Positions 41,641 to 51,237 of a stretch of DNA of 64,000 nucleotides are shown here, piece after piece. This stretch comes from an uncultured Acidobacteriota bacterium. Its GTDB lineage: Bacteria > Acidobacteriota > Blastocatellia > RBC074. A program made the position numbers and the translations under genes. Under the pieces are notes generated by a model. That model saw only the letters and a program-made list of their open reading frames with translations, did no database searches and was not told the origin of the DNA. The stretch lies in the NCBI GenBank assembly GCA_963813345.1, contig CAWEYR010000010.1, positions 70,592 to 134,591 on the forward strand. Direction: 5' to 3'. The stretch's first letter is position 1. Each line of letters opens with the position of its first letter.

Positions 41641-43309
41641 GCCTCGGTTTTCTGTTCAAGCTCATTTTCGTGGACGGCCTCAGACGGGATCTCGTCCTCG
41701 GCGCCCACGCTCACAGCTTTTTCATCGTGTTTTTCCTCAGAGACTTCGGCTGATTCAGTCGTTGCTTCAGCTTCAGTCTTTAGGTTGTTGTCGATCTCTT
41801 CGGCTTCCGATTGCTCGTTCACCGATACTTCATCTACTGGCTGCTCCTCAGGAGCTTCCGATTCATCTGGCGCGGTCGACTGCTCGAGAGCGCCCTGTTC
41901 TTCATCTTCAGCTACGACGACTTCGCCTTCGCCCTCGCCCTCACCGCCTTCGTCTGCCCTCGACCGTTTCGCCCGCAGCGCCCTCTTCGAGTACGCCTTC
42001 TTCACCAAGCTCGGCTTCCTGAGCCTTTGCCGCGCGTGCATCTGCGATAGCGCGAGCATCGTCAATCAGGTCCTCAGCATCATCGAAGCTCAGATCCAGC
42101 CAGTCGCACAGATCGTCGACAGCAACCTCCGCAAGTTGTTCGATCGTTTCGACACCGTGCTCAGCGAGGAGCTCAGAATCGGATGAGTGTAATCCCTTCG
42201 ATCAGTGTCAACGGGACAACCGGTGCGCTGATGAGACGCTCCATCTGCTGAGCGATCTCCCGTTTCATCTCCTCTTCACTGCGGATATCGATGTCCCAGC
42301 CGACGAGCTTGGCGGAAAGTCTGACGTTCTGTCCCCGTTTTCCGATAGCCAGGCTCTGTTGATCAGTCTCGACAGTCACCTGAAGTTTCTTGTTCTCGAA
42401 GTCAAGAACCGTCACGCGACTGACTTTGGCTGGGGAGAGTGCGTTGGCGGCAAAGATCGCGGGGTCTTCGGACCATTCGATGATATCGATCTTCTCACCC
42501 CTGAGCTCGCGAATGATCGATTGGACTCGCGATCCCTTCATTCCAACGCAGGCGCCGACCGGATCCACGTCTCTTTCATTCGAGACAACAGCGATCTTGG
42601 CGCGTTCGCCGGGCTCGCGAACGGCTGCCTTGATGACGACCGTTCCATCATAGATCTCAGGCACTTCCATCTCGAAAAGGCGCTTGATGAGCTCGGGGCT
42701 CGTTCGCGACACTTCCACCTGCGGGCCTTTGGCTTCGCGATGAACTGTGGAAATGACAACACGAACGCGTTCACCCTGGGTGAACGTCTCGTTGCGCGAT
42801 TGCTGCTGCTTCGGCATGACTGCTTCGATAGTGGAACCCAGATCGATAATGATCCGCCCACCTTCAAAGCGCTTCACATAACCGTTGATCAGTTCGCCTA
42901 CGCGTCCGATGTACTCCTCGTAGACGTTGTTGCGTTCCGCTTCGCGGACTTTCTGAAGGATGATCTGTTTGGCAGTCTGGGCGGCGATGCGTCCCAGGTC
43001 TTCCATCGGCCTCGGCAACTCGAGAAGATCGCCGACTTCAGCACCCTCTCCGACCTCGACATTGGCTTCTTCTACTGTCATCTCGCGCGCTGAATCAGCG
43101 ACCTCGTCGACAACAGTCTTGACTGCGAACAGTTCGACGGTGCCGTTCTCGAGGTTGTATCGCGCGTGTAGATCTTCTCCGGACTTGAACTGCTTTCGCG
43201 ATGCAGTCACAACCGCATCCTCGATCGCCGAGATAATGATCTGCGAGTCGATGTTCTTTTCCTTGCTGAGAAGCTCAATGTTCTGTGCAATTGAACTCAG
43301 AGTGTTCAT
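41637..43309 (-). CDS. nusA: Transcription termination factor NusA with long acidic C-terminal tail, frameshifted
   Basis: GRIAAQTAKQ, EVPEI, DPVGACVG, AIGKRGQNVRL. Confidence 0.96.
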
Positions 43310-43365
43310 ATTTCCTTATGATCAAAATGATCAAATGATCAAAACGTTCAATTATCAAACCTGGA

Positions 43366-43833
43366 TCAAAGCTCCAGATCAATGTTAGCCTTTACAATCA
43401 TGCTCAGCGGCAGCCGGTGCCGCTTTCCCGTCTCATCCTCGAGGAGTGCCGCCGGCCCGTCTATGCTCTCCTGATCGAGTCCCACCAAAGTACCGTGGAA
43501 ATTCCGTTGGCCAGCGATCGGTTCGGCCATCCGAATATGCGCCGGGTTTCCGGCAAATCGTTCGTAATCGGCGGCTTTGTAGAGTCCGCGATCGAGGCCC
43601 GGCGAGGCAACCTCGAGTGTGTATTGGTGCGGAATCGGGTCTTCGACGTCGAGAAGAAGACTTACCCGGTCGCTTACGCGGGCGCAGTCATCGGCCGTAA
43701 CACCCCCGGGCTTATCAATGAAGATGCGGAGAAACCTGTTCTTTCCCACCGTCATTTCGGCATGAACAAGTTCGTATCCTTCATTTGTGGTGACGCGCTC
43801 TATTATTTCCTGAACTCTCGGGTCCAATATCAC
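43366..43833 (-). CDS. rimP: Ribosome maturation factor RimP
   Basis: LRIFIDKPGGVT..DC, YTLEVASPGLDR. Confidence 0.95.
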   Translation of the reverse strand: MILDPRVQEIIERVTTNEGYELVHAEMTVGKNRFLRIFIDKPGGVTADDCARVSDRVSLLLDVEDPIPHQYTLEVASPGLDRGLYKAADYERFAGNPAHIRMAEPIAGQRNFHGTLVGLDQESIDGPAALLEDETGKRHRLPLSMIVKANIDLEL

Positions 43834-43844
43834 GTCCCTGATGT

Positions 43845-43871
43845 GAAAAAGGTGGGCTCTCGCCCACCTCA
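43845..43871 (-). promoter_or_regulatory. rimP leader hairpin (attenuator-like)
   Basis: Minus strand GAGGTGGGC-GAGA-GCCCACCT-TTTT just upstream of rimP, matching the widely conserved rimP leader. Confidence 0.75.
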
Positions 43872-43913
43872 GACGTAAAGATGATGATATCGGAAGGCTA
43901 CAAGGAAATCAAG

Positions 43914-44040
43914 CAAGCTGAAGCTCGTGAGCCGCAATGTTGGAGTGCGGCGGCTTGGCGCCGCTTTAGTCTCCTGCAGAATGATCCGATCGGGAGACTA
44001 AAGCGGCGCCGAGCCGCCGCACTTCAAATTGGGCTCCAGG
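43914..44040. repeat. Family D REPIN preceded by a family A fragment
   Basis: Arms 43940-43974 and 43993-44027; GCAAGCTGAAGCT at 43914. Confidence 0.85.
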
Positions 44041-44041
44041 C

Positions 44042-44497
44042 TCAGCTTGTAGCCGCGGTGGTTACTTGTGGCAAACCGGTTTCCGGATGCTCATCAATAT
44101 CCCGCTTGATGGCGTCGAGAATTCCATTAATGAATTGAGTCGCTTCGTGTGTTGAAAAACGGCGGGCAATTTCGAGGGCTTCATTGATCGCAACTGTCTT
44201 CGGCGTCTCGGGCTGGTAAAGGAACTCGTATACGGCCAGGCGAAGAAGATTGCGGTCTACCACAGCCATGCGCGATATGCGCCAGTGCTCGGTTCGCAGC
44301 TTGATTCGTTCATCAATCTCTTTCAGGTGGGAAACTGTGCCGAGAACAAGGTCGTTTGCGAATATGCGGACATCCTCCGCCCCGTCCGCCAGCTCGCTCC
44401 AGTAAGTCTTGAGCAGATCGTCGACCGGCACTTGAGCCATGTCATGCTGAAACAGCATTTGAAGCGCGCATTCACGCGCTTTTCGCCGGGCACCCAT
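44042..44497 (-). CDS. nusB: Transcription antitermination factor NusB
   Basis: RRKARECALQMLF, VDRNLLR, VAINEA, FINGILD. Confidence 0.96.
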   Translation of the reverse strand: MGARRKARECALQMLFQHDMAQVPVDDLLKTYWSELADGAEDVRIFANDLVLGTVSHLKEIDERIKLRTEHWRISRMAVVDRNLLRLAVYEFLYQPETPKTVAINEALEIARRFSTHEATQFINGILDAIKRDIDEHPETGLPQVTTAATS

Positions 44498-44526
44498 AAG
44501 CTTTCAATATACTGCCATGAAATTGC

Positions 44527-44991
44527 TCAGACCTCCCTGAGCAAGTTGCACATCTCGATGGCTGACATCGCAGCCTCAAATCCCTTGTTGCCGGCTTTCA
44601 CGCCAGCCCGGTTGACGGCCTGCTCGACTGTATCCGCAGTAATGATACCGTAACTCACCGGCAAACCGGTCTCCGCTGCAGCAGCAGCGATTCCTTTCGT
44701 CACCTCGGACGCGATGTATTCAAAGTGAGGCGTTTCCCCACGAATCACACAGCCTACACAAATGATGGCATCGAATCGTCCGGTCGCAGCGAACCGGCGG
44801 GCTGCGAGCGGAATCTCGAACGATCCGGGAACACGAATGATCGTGATGTCGTCATCGCGCGCACCGAGACGCCGAAGCGCGTCTTCGGCACCACTCACGA
44901 GCCTGCCGACAATCAGTTCATTCCAACGGCTGGCGACAATCGCAAAGCGAAATCCTTCAGCGCTCAGCCGTCCTTCAAGTATCCTGCTCAT
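44527..44991 (-). CDS. ribH: 6,7-dimethyl-8-ribityllumazine synthase
   Basis: VPGSFEIP, IRGETPHFEY, GNKG. Confidence 0.97.
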   Translation of the reverse strand: MSRILEGRLSAEGFRFAIVASRWNELIVGRLVSGAEDALRRLGARDDDITIIRVPGSFEIPLAARRFAATGRFDAIICVGCVIRGETPHFEYIASEVTKGIAAAAAETGLPVSYGIITADTVEQAVNRAGVKAGNKGFEAAMSAIEMCNLLREV

Positions 44992-45002
44992 ACCAGAATC
45001 TC

Positions 45003-45032
45003 AGTATAGTGACCACGCGTGGTCAAGGTCAA
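45003..45032 (-). promoter_or_regulatory. Putative sigma70 promoter of ribH-nusB with a palindromic operator
   Basis: TTGACC-18nt-TATACT; the spacer contains perfect palindrome TGACCACGCGTGGTCA (45010-45025). Confidence 0.6.
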
Positions 45033-45055
45033 ACATCCGACTCGCACATGATAGC

Positions 45056-45961
45056 TCATCGAGTGCTCAGCGATTGAGGCTTTGGATTGCGAGGATCTGA
45101 ATAGTCATAAAAACCAAGTCCCGATTTCCGCCCCAGGAGTCCGGCAAGGACCATCCTCTTGAGCAGCGGAGGGGGCGCGAAACGTTGCTCACGAAACTCC
45201 TCAAACATGATGTTGGCGATGTAGTAAGTCGTTTCGAGTCCCACAAAATCGAGCAGCGTGAACGGGCCCATCGGGTGCCCGCACCCGAGTTTCATCGCGT
45301 TGTCGATGTCAACGATTGTTCCGACACCGTTCTCGTACGCGCGAATTGCATCCAGCATGTAGGGAACAAGCAGGCGATTGACTATGAATCCCGAACGATC
45401 ACTCGTGCGCACGACCGTCTTTCCGAGTGATTCCCCGAACTCGGCAGCTTTATCGAAGACTTCATCATCTGTGACGATCGTGCGAACTACTTCGACCAGC
45501 TTCATGATCGGGACCGGGTTGAAGAAGTGGAGCCCTACAAATCTACGCTGCCGTTCGAGCGGGACAGCTCTCATTATTTCTGTTACAGAGAGCGACGAGG
45601 TGTTGGTGGCAAAGATCGCGTCGCGCTTGCAGATGGCATCAAGTCTGGTGAACAGATCATTCTTGACGCCGAGGTTCTCGACGATCGCTTCGATTGTTAT
45701 ATCGACATCCGCCAGGTCTTCGATGCTCGTCGTTCCTTTGAGACGCCCGAGCGTCGCATCGCGATCCGCCGCGCTGACAGCCGCTTTGTCGACAAGGCGC
45801 GCGAGCGATTGCTCGATGCTCTTCATTCCGCGCGCGACAAGTTCGTCACTCACCTCAACGAGTGTTACCTCGTAACCGCTTGCGGCTGCGACCTGTGCGA
45901 TCCCCGATCCCATCAAGCCAGCACCAACGATGCCAGCACGTTTAATATTCATTACATACAC
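45056..45961 (-). CDS. 3-hydroxybutyryl-CoA dehydrogenase
   Basis: GAGLMGSG, ATNTSS, GLHFFNP, GFIVNR, HPMGP. Confidence 0.93.
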   Translation of the reverse strand: MYVMNIKRAGIVGAGLMGSGIAQVAAASGYEVTLVEVSDELVARGMKSIEQSLARLVDKAAVSAADRDATLGRLKGTTSIEDLADVDITIEAIVENLGVKNDLFTRLDAICKRDAIFATNTSSLSVTEIMRAVPLERQRRFVGLHFFNPVPIMKLVEVVRTIVTDDEVFDKAAEFGESLGKTVVRTSDRSGFIVNRLLVPYMLDAIRAYENGVGTIVDIDNAMKLGCGHPMGPFTLLDFVGLETTYYIANIMFEEFREQRFAPPPLLKRMVLAGLLGRKSGLGFYDYSDPRNPKPQSLSTR

Positions 45962-45976
45962 CTCCCTTTGAGCGCG

Positions 45977-47239
45977 TCATTCGGGTCGCGATTCAACTAC
46001 GCCGTATTTACGTCCTGTCGACGAGACCCAACTGCGAAGTTCCTGGCTTGCCTGCGAAAACTTTTGCGCATTGTCGCGAAGGATTGATCGCCTGAGTGCC
46101 GCGTCCGATTCAAGCAATGCCTTTCGCTGCACACGCAGCACATCGGCCAAATCGCGCCTGATGGCGTCTGCTGTTTCATCGGGCGCGTACGTCGACTCCA
46201 GCATTTGCGCAACCCGATCGAGTCGCTGAGTGACCTCATCCGTCTTGTTCGAATCTCTATCGGCACTAATCGATTGCTGCATCACTCGATTGGCTTCGTT
46301 GATGCTATCGAGAAAACTCCCGATCGAGGATGCACGGCGCGAGAGATGAGGAGAGCTGACTTGCCATGCGCGGAGAAAACTATAGCCGACAATTACAACC
46401 GAGATCGCGAGTACCGCGAGACCTATAGTGGAAATGCGTTCCTTCCCGGGCGCGATGTAAGGAATCAGAATCGCTGCAAGTGCGCCACATACCAGACCGC
46501 CAATGTGCGCTGAGTTATCGATGACAGGGACTGAGAAGCCAATCAGAAGATTGATTGCAATTACAGGAAGAACACCGCTGCCAAATCCTCGCCTGAATGC
46601 TGCCGGTAGCTCGTGTCTGTACTTGTAGCCGAAGACAGCGAGAACTCCAAAGAGACCAAATATCGCTCCCGATGCTCCAACGGATGGAATGCTTGGGTCC
46701 CGGCGAAGCAGCACGCTTCCGATGTAGCTACCCGCAACACCCGCAACTCCACAGAGAAGATATATGAGCACAAACCGGGCAGAGCCATATAGTCTTTCCA
46801 CCTGAGGACCCACCATCCAAAGTGCATACGAGTTGGAAGCGATATGAATCAACCCGCCGTGAATGAAGATCGGCGTGATCAGTCGAAACCACTCTCCCTG
46901 CTGGCTGAGAAGCTCATTTGTCTTGGCTCCAAACGCTACCAGGGTTGCCGGGTCGACGCCCGAGACAAGATTGGTCAGAAAATTTCCGCCAGCGGCGGCG
47001 GTCATAATGAGATAGATGAGAGCATTCAGTATGAGAATGGCGTAAGTCAGCGGCGTGGCGCGAGAGAAATAAGCTCGCGCGAACGCCTGGGTTGACCTCG
47101 CCTGGTCGGTCTCGACGACGGCCTGAACCGAGCGCATGCCGCAATTCACGCATTCGGGAGAGTTAGACGGTGTAGGCCGCCCACATCTCGTGCATATGCG
47201 AAACGGCCGCGGATCCGGGCCAACATTTTCCAAAGACAT
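45977..47239 (-). CDS. Rhomboid intramembrane serine protease with N-terminal zinc ribbon
   Basis: CTRC..CVNC, WFRL, H..SN, GASG, AHIGG; ATG at 47239 (the longer ORF runs through repeats). Confidence 0.92.
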   Translation of the reverse strand: MSLENVGPDPRPFRICTRCGRPTPSNSPECVNCGMRSVQAVVETDQARSTQAFARAYFSRATPLTYAILILNALIYLIMTAAAGGNFLTNLVSGVDPATLVAFGAKTNELLSQQGEWFRLITPIFIHGGLIHIASNSYALWMVGPQVERLYGSARFVLIYLLCGVAGVAGSYIGSVLLRRDPSIPSVGASGAIFGLFGVLAVFGYKYRHELPAAFRRGFGSGVLPVIAINLLIGFSVPVIDNSAHIGGLVCGALAAILIPYIAPGKERISTIGLAVLAISVVIVGYSFLRAWQVSSPHLSRRASSIGSFLDSINEANRVMQQSISADRDSNKTDEVTQRLDRVAQMLESTYAPDETADAIRRDLADVLRVQRKALLESDAALRRSILRDNAQKFSQASQELRSWVSSTGRKYGVVESRPE

Positions 47240-47267
47240 AGTCCGCGATTCTATCCGATTTCGCTGT

Positions 47268-47426
47268 AGTGCTAAGTGCTGAGTGCTGAGTGCTGAGTGC
47301 TGAGTGCTGAGTGCTGAGTGTTGCAGTCTGAGTTCAAGCTTCAGCTTGCTGATCTGCGATATCCCATAGACAGCAAGCTGAAGCTTGAACTCCATACTCA
47401 GCACCCAGCACTCAGCACTCAGCACT
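47268..47426. repeat. Family A REPIN wrapped in inverted (GTGCTGA)n arrays
   Basis: About seven heptamers on the left and four (TCAGCAC) on the right, between divergent genes. Confidence 0.9.
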
Positions 47427-47462
47427 TCTTCGGGCCTTTAAAGTTTGGTAGACTCAACGGCG

Positions 47463-49088
47463 ATGGCTTTGTTCAAACCTGACGAAAAGCGCGTCGAAGG
47501 GTCAAGTGCTGCAGCTGTTGCCGAAAACGCTCCTCAGGTCAGCCAGACCAAGGCGAGGCCGCGTGCCTTCTCGATTGGCGGACTGATCGATTCGTTTCTT
47601 GCACTTCTGAGCGCGGTGCCATTTGGCATCTTCCTGCTGGTCCTCCTGATATCAGCCTGCATGATAGGAATGCTGATTCAGCAGGTCGAGCTCCAGACCT
47701 TTCCGAAATACTTTGCAGAGCTGACACCTTCGGAAAAACTGATCTATGGCAGATTGGGATTTTTTGATATTTATCACGTCTGGTATTTCAATCTGCTGCT
47801 TCTGCTCCTGAGTCTGAACATCATTCTCGCGTCGATCGACCACTTTCCCAAAGCATGGAGCTTCGTCCGAAAGAAGAAGCTTACTGCGTCGCCGACCTTC
47901 GCGATGACACAACGGTTCAGGGAACAGGTTTTGATGCTCGGCTTCGATCGCGCTGAACTTTCGAAACGGGCGCAGGAAGCTGCGAAGGCGCTCAAGTTCA
48001 AGATTCGCACGACCGACGAGACTGACCGCACAACCATCTTCGCTGAGCGTGGGGCGTGGAATCGGCTCGGTGCTTACGCAGTACACGTTGGACTGCTGAC
48101 GATCTTTGCTGGCGGATTCCTCACAAGTCGAGGGCACACTGGTGGAGTCTGGATGGAGCCGGGCGAGACGAATGATCGGATGACGAAACAGGTCTTCAAT
48201 TTCGAAGGCGCTTCAACTCAGTTCGCCATCGGGAATCAAGACCTCGAGCTTCCCTTCTCTCTCGAGTGCCTCGATATTCAGCAGAAACTGATCAATAAGG
48301 ATGGTGGAATCGAAACCCCAAACACTCTTGATTGGCTGACTCGAGTGCGGATCAGGGACAATGAGAACGGACAGCAGGAGGAAGCTCTTGTTCACATGAA
48401 CAAGCCGTTTGACTACCGGGGCTATCGATTCTTTCAGGCGTCAGTTACGGAATTCGGAAGCGCACGCAGCGTCCGGCTCCGCGCAATTCCAGCCGCGGGT
48501 GGAACGGCAGAAGAAATCACAATTCCTCGCGGGGGCGAAGCGCGTCTGAGTGACGGCACTCGCGTTGTCTACAGGGAATTCAATCCTGATTTCAGAGTGG
48601 GTCCGGACCGCACTATTGATTCCGGTCCCGGCGTTACGTCTTACGCGAGGCCTGCGGCGCATCTCGATGTGATAAGACCAAACGGTGAGAGGGGCGATTC
48701 CTGGGCATTTACCGAAGCCGTTACAGAGACGTTGACGCAGCAAACGGCGAATGCGCCGTTTCTTCAGTCAATGCTTGCGGCCGGAGGCGGCTACAGGTTT
48801 GTTCTTCTCGACTTCGAAAAGGTAGCGAAGGCCCATATGCTCTCAGTCCAGTACGACCCGGGTGTCAAGGTCGTCTATGTCGGGTTCACGCTGCTTTGTA
48901 TGACGCTTATCGGAGTATTCTTCTTCTCGCACCAGCGAATGTGGATTGTTGTTGAAGACGGCAGGGTATCGCTCGGGGGCGACTCGAACCGCAATCGGCT
49001 GGGGTTTGAAGAGCGTCTTAAGAGGATCGCCGCCCGGATACGCGATCCGCACAAGAGAGAAGAAGTTGATAACACTCTCCGCGACTAA
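47463..49088 (+). CDS. resB: Cytochrome c biogenesis protein ResB/Ccs1 (system II)
   Basis: IGMLIQQ, GFFDIYHVWYF, YAVHVG, MNKPFDYRGYRFFQAS, YDPG. Confidence 0.88.
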   Translation: MALFKPDEKRVEGSSAAAVAENAPQVSQTKARPRAFSIGGLIDSFLALLSAVPFGIFLLVLLISACMIGMLIQQVELQTFPKYFAELTPSEKLIYGRLGFFDIYHVWYFNLLLLLLSLNIILASIDHFPKAWSFVRKKKLTASPTFAMTQRFREQVLMLGFDRAELSKRAQEAAKALKFKIRTTDETDRTTIFAERGAWNRLGAYAVHVGLLTIFAGGFLTSRGHTGGVWMEPGETNDRMTKQVFNFEGASTQFAIGNQDLELPFSLECLDIQQKLINKDGGIETPNTLDWLTRVRIRDNENGQQEEALVHMNKPFDYRGYRFFQASVTEFGSARSVRLRAIPAAGGTAEEITIPRGGEARLSDGTRVVYREFNPDFRVGPDRTIDSGPGVTSYARPAAHLDVIRPNGERGDSWAFTEAVTETLTQQTANAPFLQSMLAAGGGYRFVLLDFEKVAKAHMLSVQYDPGVKVVYVGFTLLCMTLIGVFFFSHQRMWIVVEDGRVSLGGDSNRNRLGFEERLKRIAARIRDPHKREEVDNTLRD

Positions 49089-49117
49089 CTGTTAATTGCA
49101 ATCATCGGAGGATAGAA

Positions 49118-50734
49118 ATGGGCCAGGCAAGTAATTCAATCAATGTGCCGGTAGCGGGCTCTCCCGGATTCGGAATTGGGAATCTCAAAATCGTCAGATT
49201 CCTTCCCGCAATACTACCGCTTATCGGCGCAGGGCTGGTTGTCGCGGCGCGAAAGAAGCTCGGACCGGGCTCGATGCCGGATGACGGATCGCTGATTGTA
49301 ATAGCGGTGCTCTGTTATATCGGAGCGGCAGCGGCGCTTCTCACGAACTTCTGGGCTCCGATCCGCATGCTGGAAAGATTTGGGCTGATCGTCGGCTCTC
49401 TCGGCGTGTTCTTCAATCTTTCAGGCTGGCTGGTACGGTGGGTAACTGCAGGCGAGCGCGAGAACTGGATTCGGATGACCAACCAGATTACGGGCGAATA
49501 CCATTCCTGGTGGTTCTTCTCCTACGTTCCGTTTGCGAATCTCTACGATCTCTCGGTTGCATTCGCCTTCGGAGCCGGCTTCGCGACGATGCTTGTGAGC
49601 AATCGGCCGAAAGCCCGTTTTGCGGGCGCGCTATCGATGCCTCTTATTGCGCTGGTCCTGCTCCTCGCGATCTTTATCGGCGATGAGTTCATGAATCTGC
49701 CTCCTGTGCTCGATAGCTACTGGCGCCCGATTCACGTCGGAGTGGCATCACTCAGTTATGGCGTCGCGCTGGTGAGCTTCGCGCTTGCGGTTCTCTACCT
49801 GGTGAAGGACGGCTTAAAGATAGAATCGATGGGGATTGCTGTGACTACGTTTCTTCTTGCAGGATTCGTGATTTTCAGCAACGCCTTCTCGTTCTTCACG
49901 GCGAGCTACAAGCTTACCCCGGTGATTCCTGCCGACAACGGCATATTGGCAGTGCGACCTTTGCACCTGGCACTTCCAGGCGTCGGCACGTTTGTAGCGA
50001 TTTCAATGATCATGCTGTTTGCCGTAGCAGTGTGCTTCATAGTCTACAGTGTGAAGAAGAACGAACAGGCAAAGCGCATTGGTCACCTCGTCCTGCGTGC
50101 TTCGCTGATACCGCAGGCGATCGGCATTGCAATGCTCTTCTATCGAATGAGGACGATGCGAGACCTCGGAACACTGGTAGAGGACACCCAATTACCAGCG
50201 CTTGGCAGATGGCTGGCCGGCGCGAATGCGGATCAGATGCCGGCGGCTCAACTTGTCGAGGGAGCGCGCAACTGGCTTGGGCAAAATGGCCCGCTTATGG
50301 TGTTTGACTCGCGCTCGAATCCGGTCGAGATCGCATCACTGATCACGGCCTTTGTCGCAACGCTCTTTGTAGTCTTCTTCAGCATTCAGACCGAACGGAT
50401 TCGGGAAAGTCTTCCAGCAAGGGAGAGGCTCGACAGTTTGATCTACAAGACAGTTGGCGTAGCCTTTGCTGGACTTGCAGTCCTCCTCGTGACGGGAGCG
50501 GTCTGGGCGAACGAGTCGTGGGGACGTTACTGGGGATGGGATGCAAAGGAGACGGGAGCGCTGGTGGCATGGCTCGCATACGCTGGGTATCTCCATACGC
50601 GAATTGCGCATGGATGGTCCGGCAGAAAGAGCGCCTATTTTGCTCTCGTCGGATTTCTACTTGTGATCTTTACCTATCTCGGAGTGAGTTTCCTTCTGCC
50701 GGGACTGCATTCATACGCAGGCGGGCTTGAATAG
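49118..50734 (+). CDS. ccsA: Cytochrome c biogenesis protein CcsA/ResC, extended
   Basis: PFANLY, LDSYWRPIHV, WWD motif GAVWANESWGRYWGWDAKE, GLHSY. Confidence 0.92.
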   Translation: MGQASNSINVPVAGSPGFGIGNLKIVRFLPAILPLIGAGLVVAARKKLGPGSMPDDGSLIVIAVLCYIGAAAALLTNFWAPIRMLERFGLIVGSLGVFFNLSGWLVRWVTAGERENWIRMTNQITGEYHSWWFFSYVPFANLYDLSVAFAFGAGFATMLVSNRPKARFAGALSMPLIALVLLLAIFIGDEFMNLPPVLDSYWRPIHVGVASLSYGVALVSFALAVLYLVKDGLKIESMGIAVTTFLLAGFVIFSNAFSFFTASYKLTPVIPADNGILAVRPLHLALPGVGTFVAISMIMLFAVAVCFIVYSVKKNEQAKRIGHLVLRASLIPQAIGIAMLFYRMRTMRDLGTLVEDTQLPALGRWLAGANADQMPAAQLVEGARNWLGQNGPLMVFDSRSNPVEIASLITAFVATLFVVFFSIQTERIRESLPARERLDSLIYKTVGVAFAGLAVLLVTGAVWANESWGRYWGWDAKETGALVAWLAYAGYLHTRIAHGWSGRKSAYFALVGFLLVIFTYLGVSFLLPGLHSYAGGLE

Positions 50735-50737
50735 CGA

Positions 50738-51151
50738 ATGCCAGACCTTGAACTTGAGTACACCCTTTTCTGTGAGGATGTGCGCTTTGAGGCCTCTAAT
50801 CACCTGAGCCTGATGGGCGTGACTCATCAGGTAGTTGTTCCTCGCCTGCCAATCACGGTTATCAAGTTCGCAGTGATAACTCACTGGCGAGGTGAGGGGC
50901 AGTATTTGAGTGAAGTTCGTATCCTGACGCCCGATCGAATGCAGACAGTAGCGGTGTCTCAGCCGGGAAGCTTTGTAGTTCCGGCTGACGGCTACTCAGA
51001 CAATGTCACTGTCTTCGTGAACCTCAATATCTTCCAGTCCGGCAATCATGTCGTTCAGGTACTGGTAAATTCAAATGTGTTCGCGGAGCGTTTGCTGCCT
51101 GTAATGCTCATGGAAAACCAGCCGGTTCCCGAGAGCGAACACGTCAACTAG
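50738..51151 (+). CDS. Hypothetical protein (DUF6941-like)
   Basis: LFCEDVRFE..LSLMGV N-terminal pattern. Confidence 0.65.
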   Translation: MPDLELEYTLFCEDVRFEASNHLSLMGVTHQVVVPRLPITVIKFAVITHWRGEGQYLSEVRILTPDRMQTVAVSQPGSFVVPADGYSDNVTVFVNLNIFQSGNHVVQVLVNSNVFAERLLPVMLMENQPVPESEHVN

Positions 51152-51220
51152 GCATGTCGTACCGCCTTCAGGCGGAATCGTGACAAGCAAAGATTCCGCC
51201 TGAAGGCGGTACAACGTGCC
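51151..51220. repeat. Family B REPIN
   Basis: GTCGTACCGCCTTCAGGCGGAATC / GATTCCGCCTGAAGGCGGTACAAC. Confidence 0.9.
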
Positions 51221-51237
51221 ATCATCCAAAGTCACCC

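Noticed and set aside
38772-43309. infB and nusA as pseudogenes or programmed frameshifts
   Set aside because: Essential genes; indels are scattered window-wide with no consistent slippery sites, so sequencing error is more likely
14961-47426. Repeat-spacer-repeat units as a CRISPR array
   Set aside because: Arms are inverted pairs at dispersed intergenic sites, not direct repeats in an array; no cas genes
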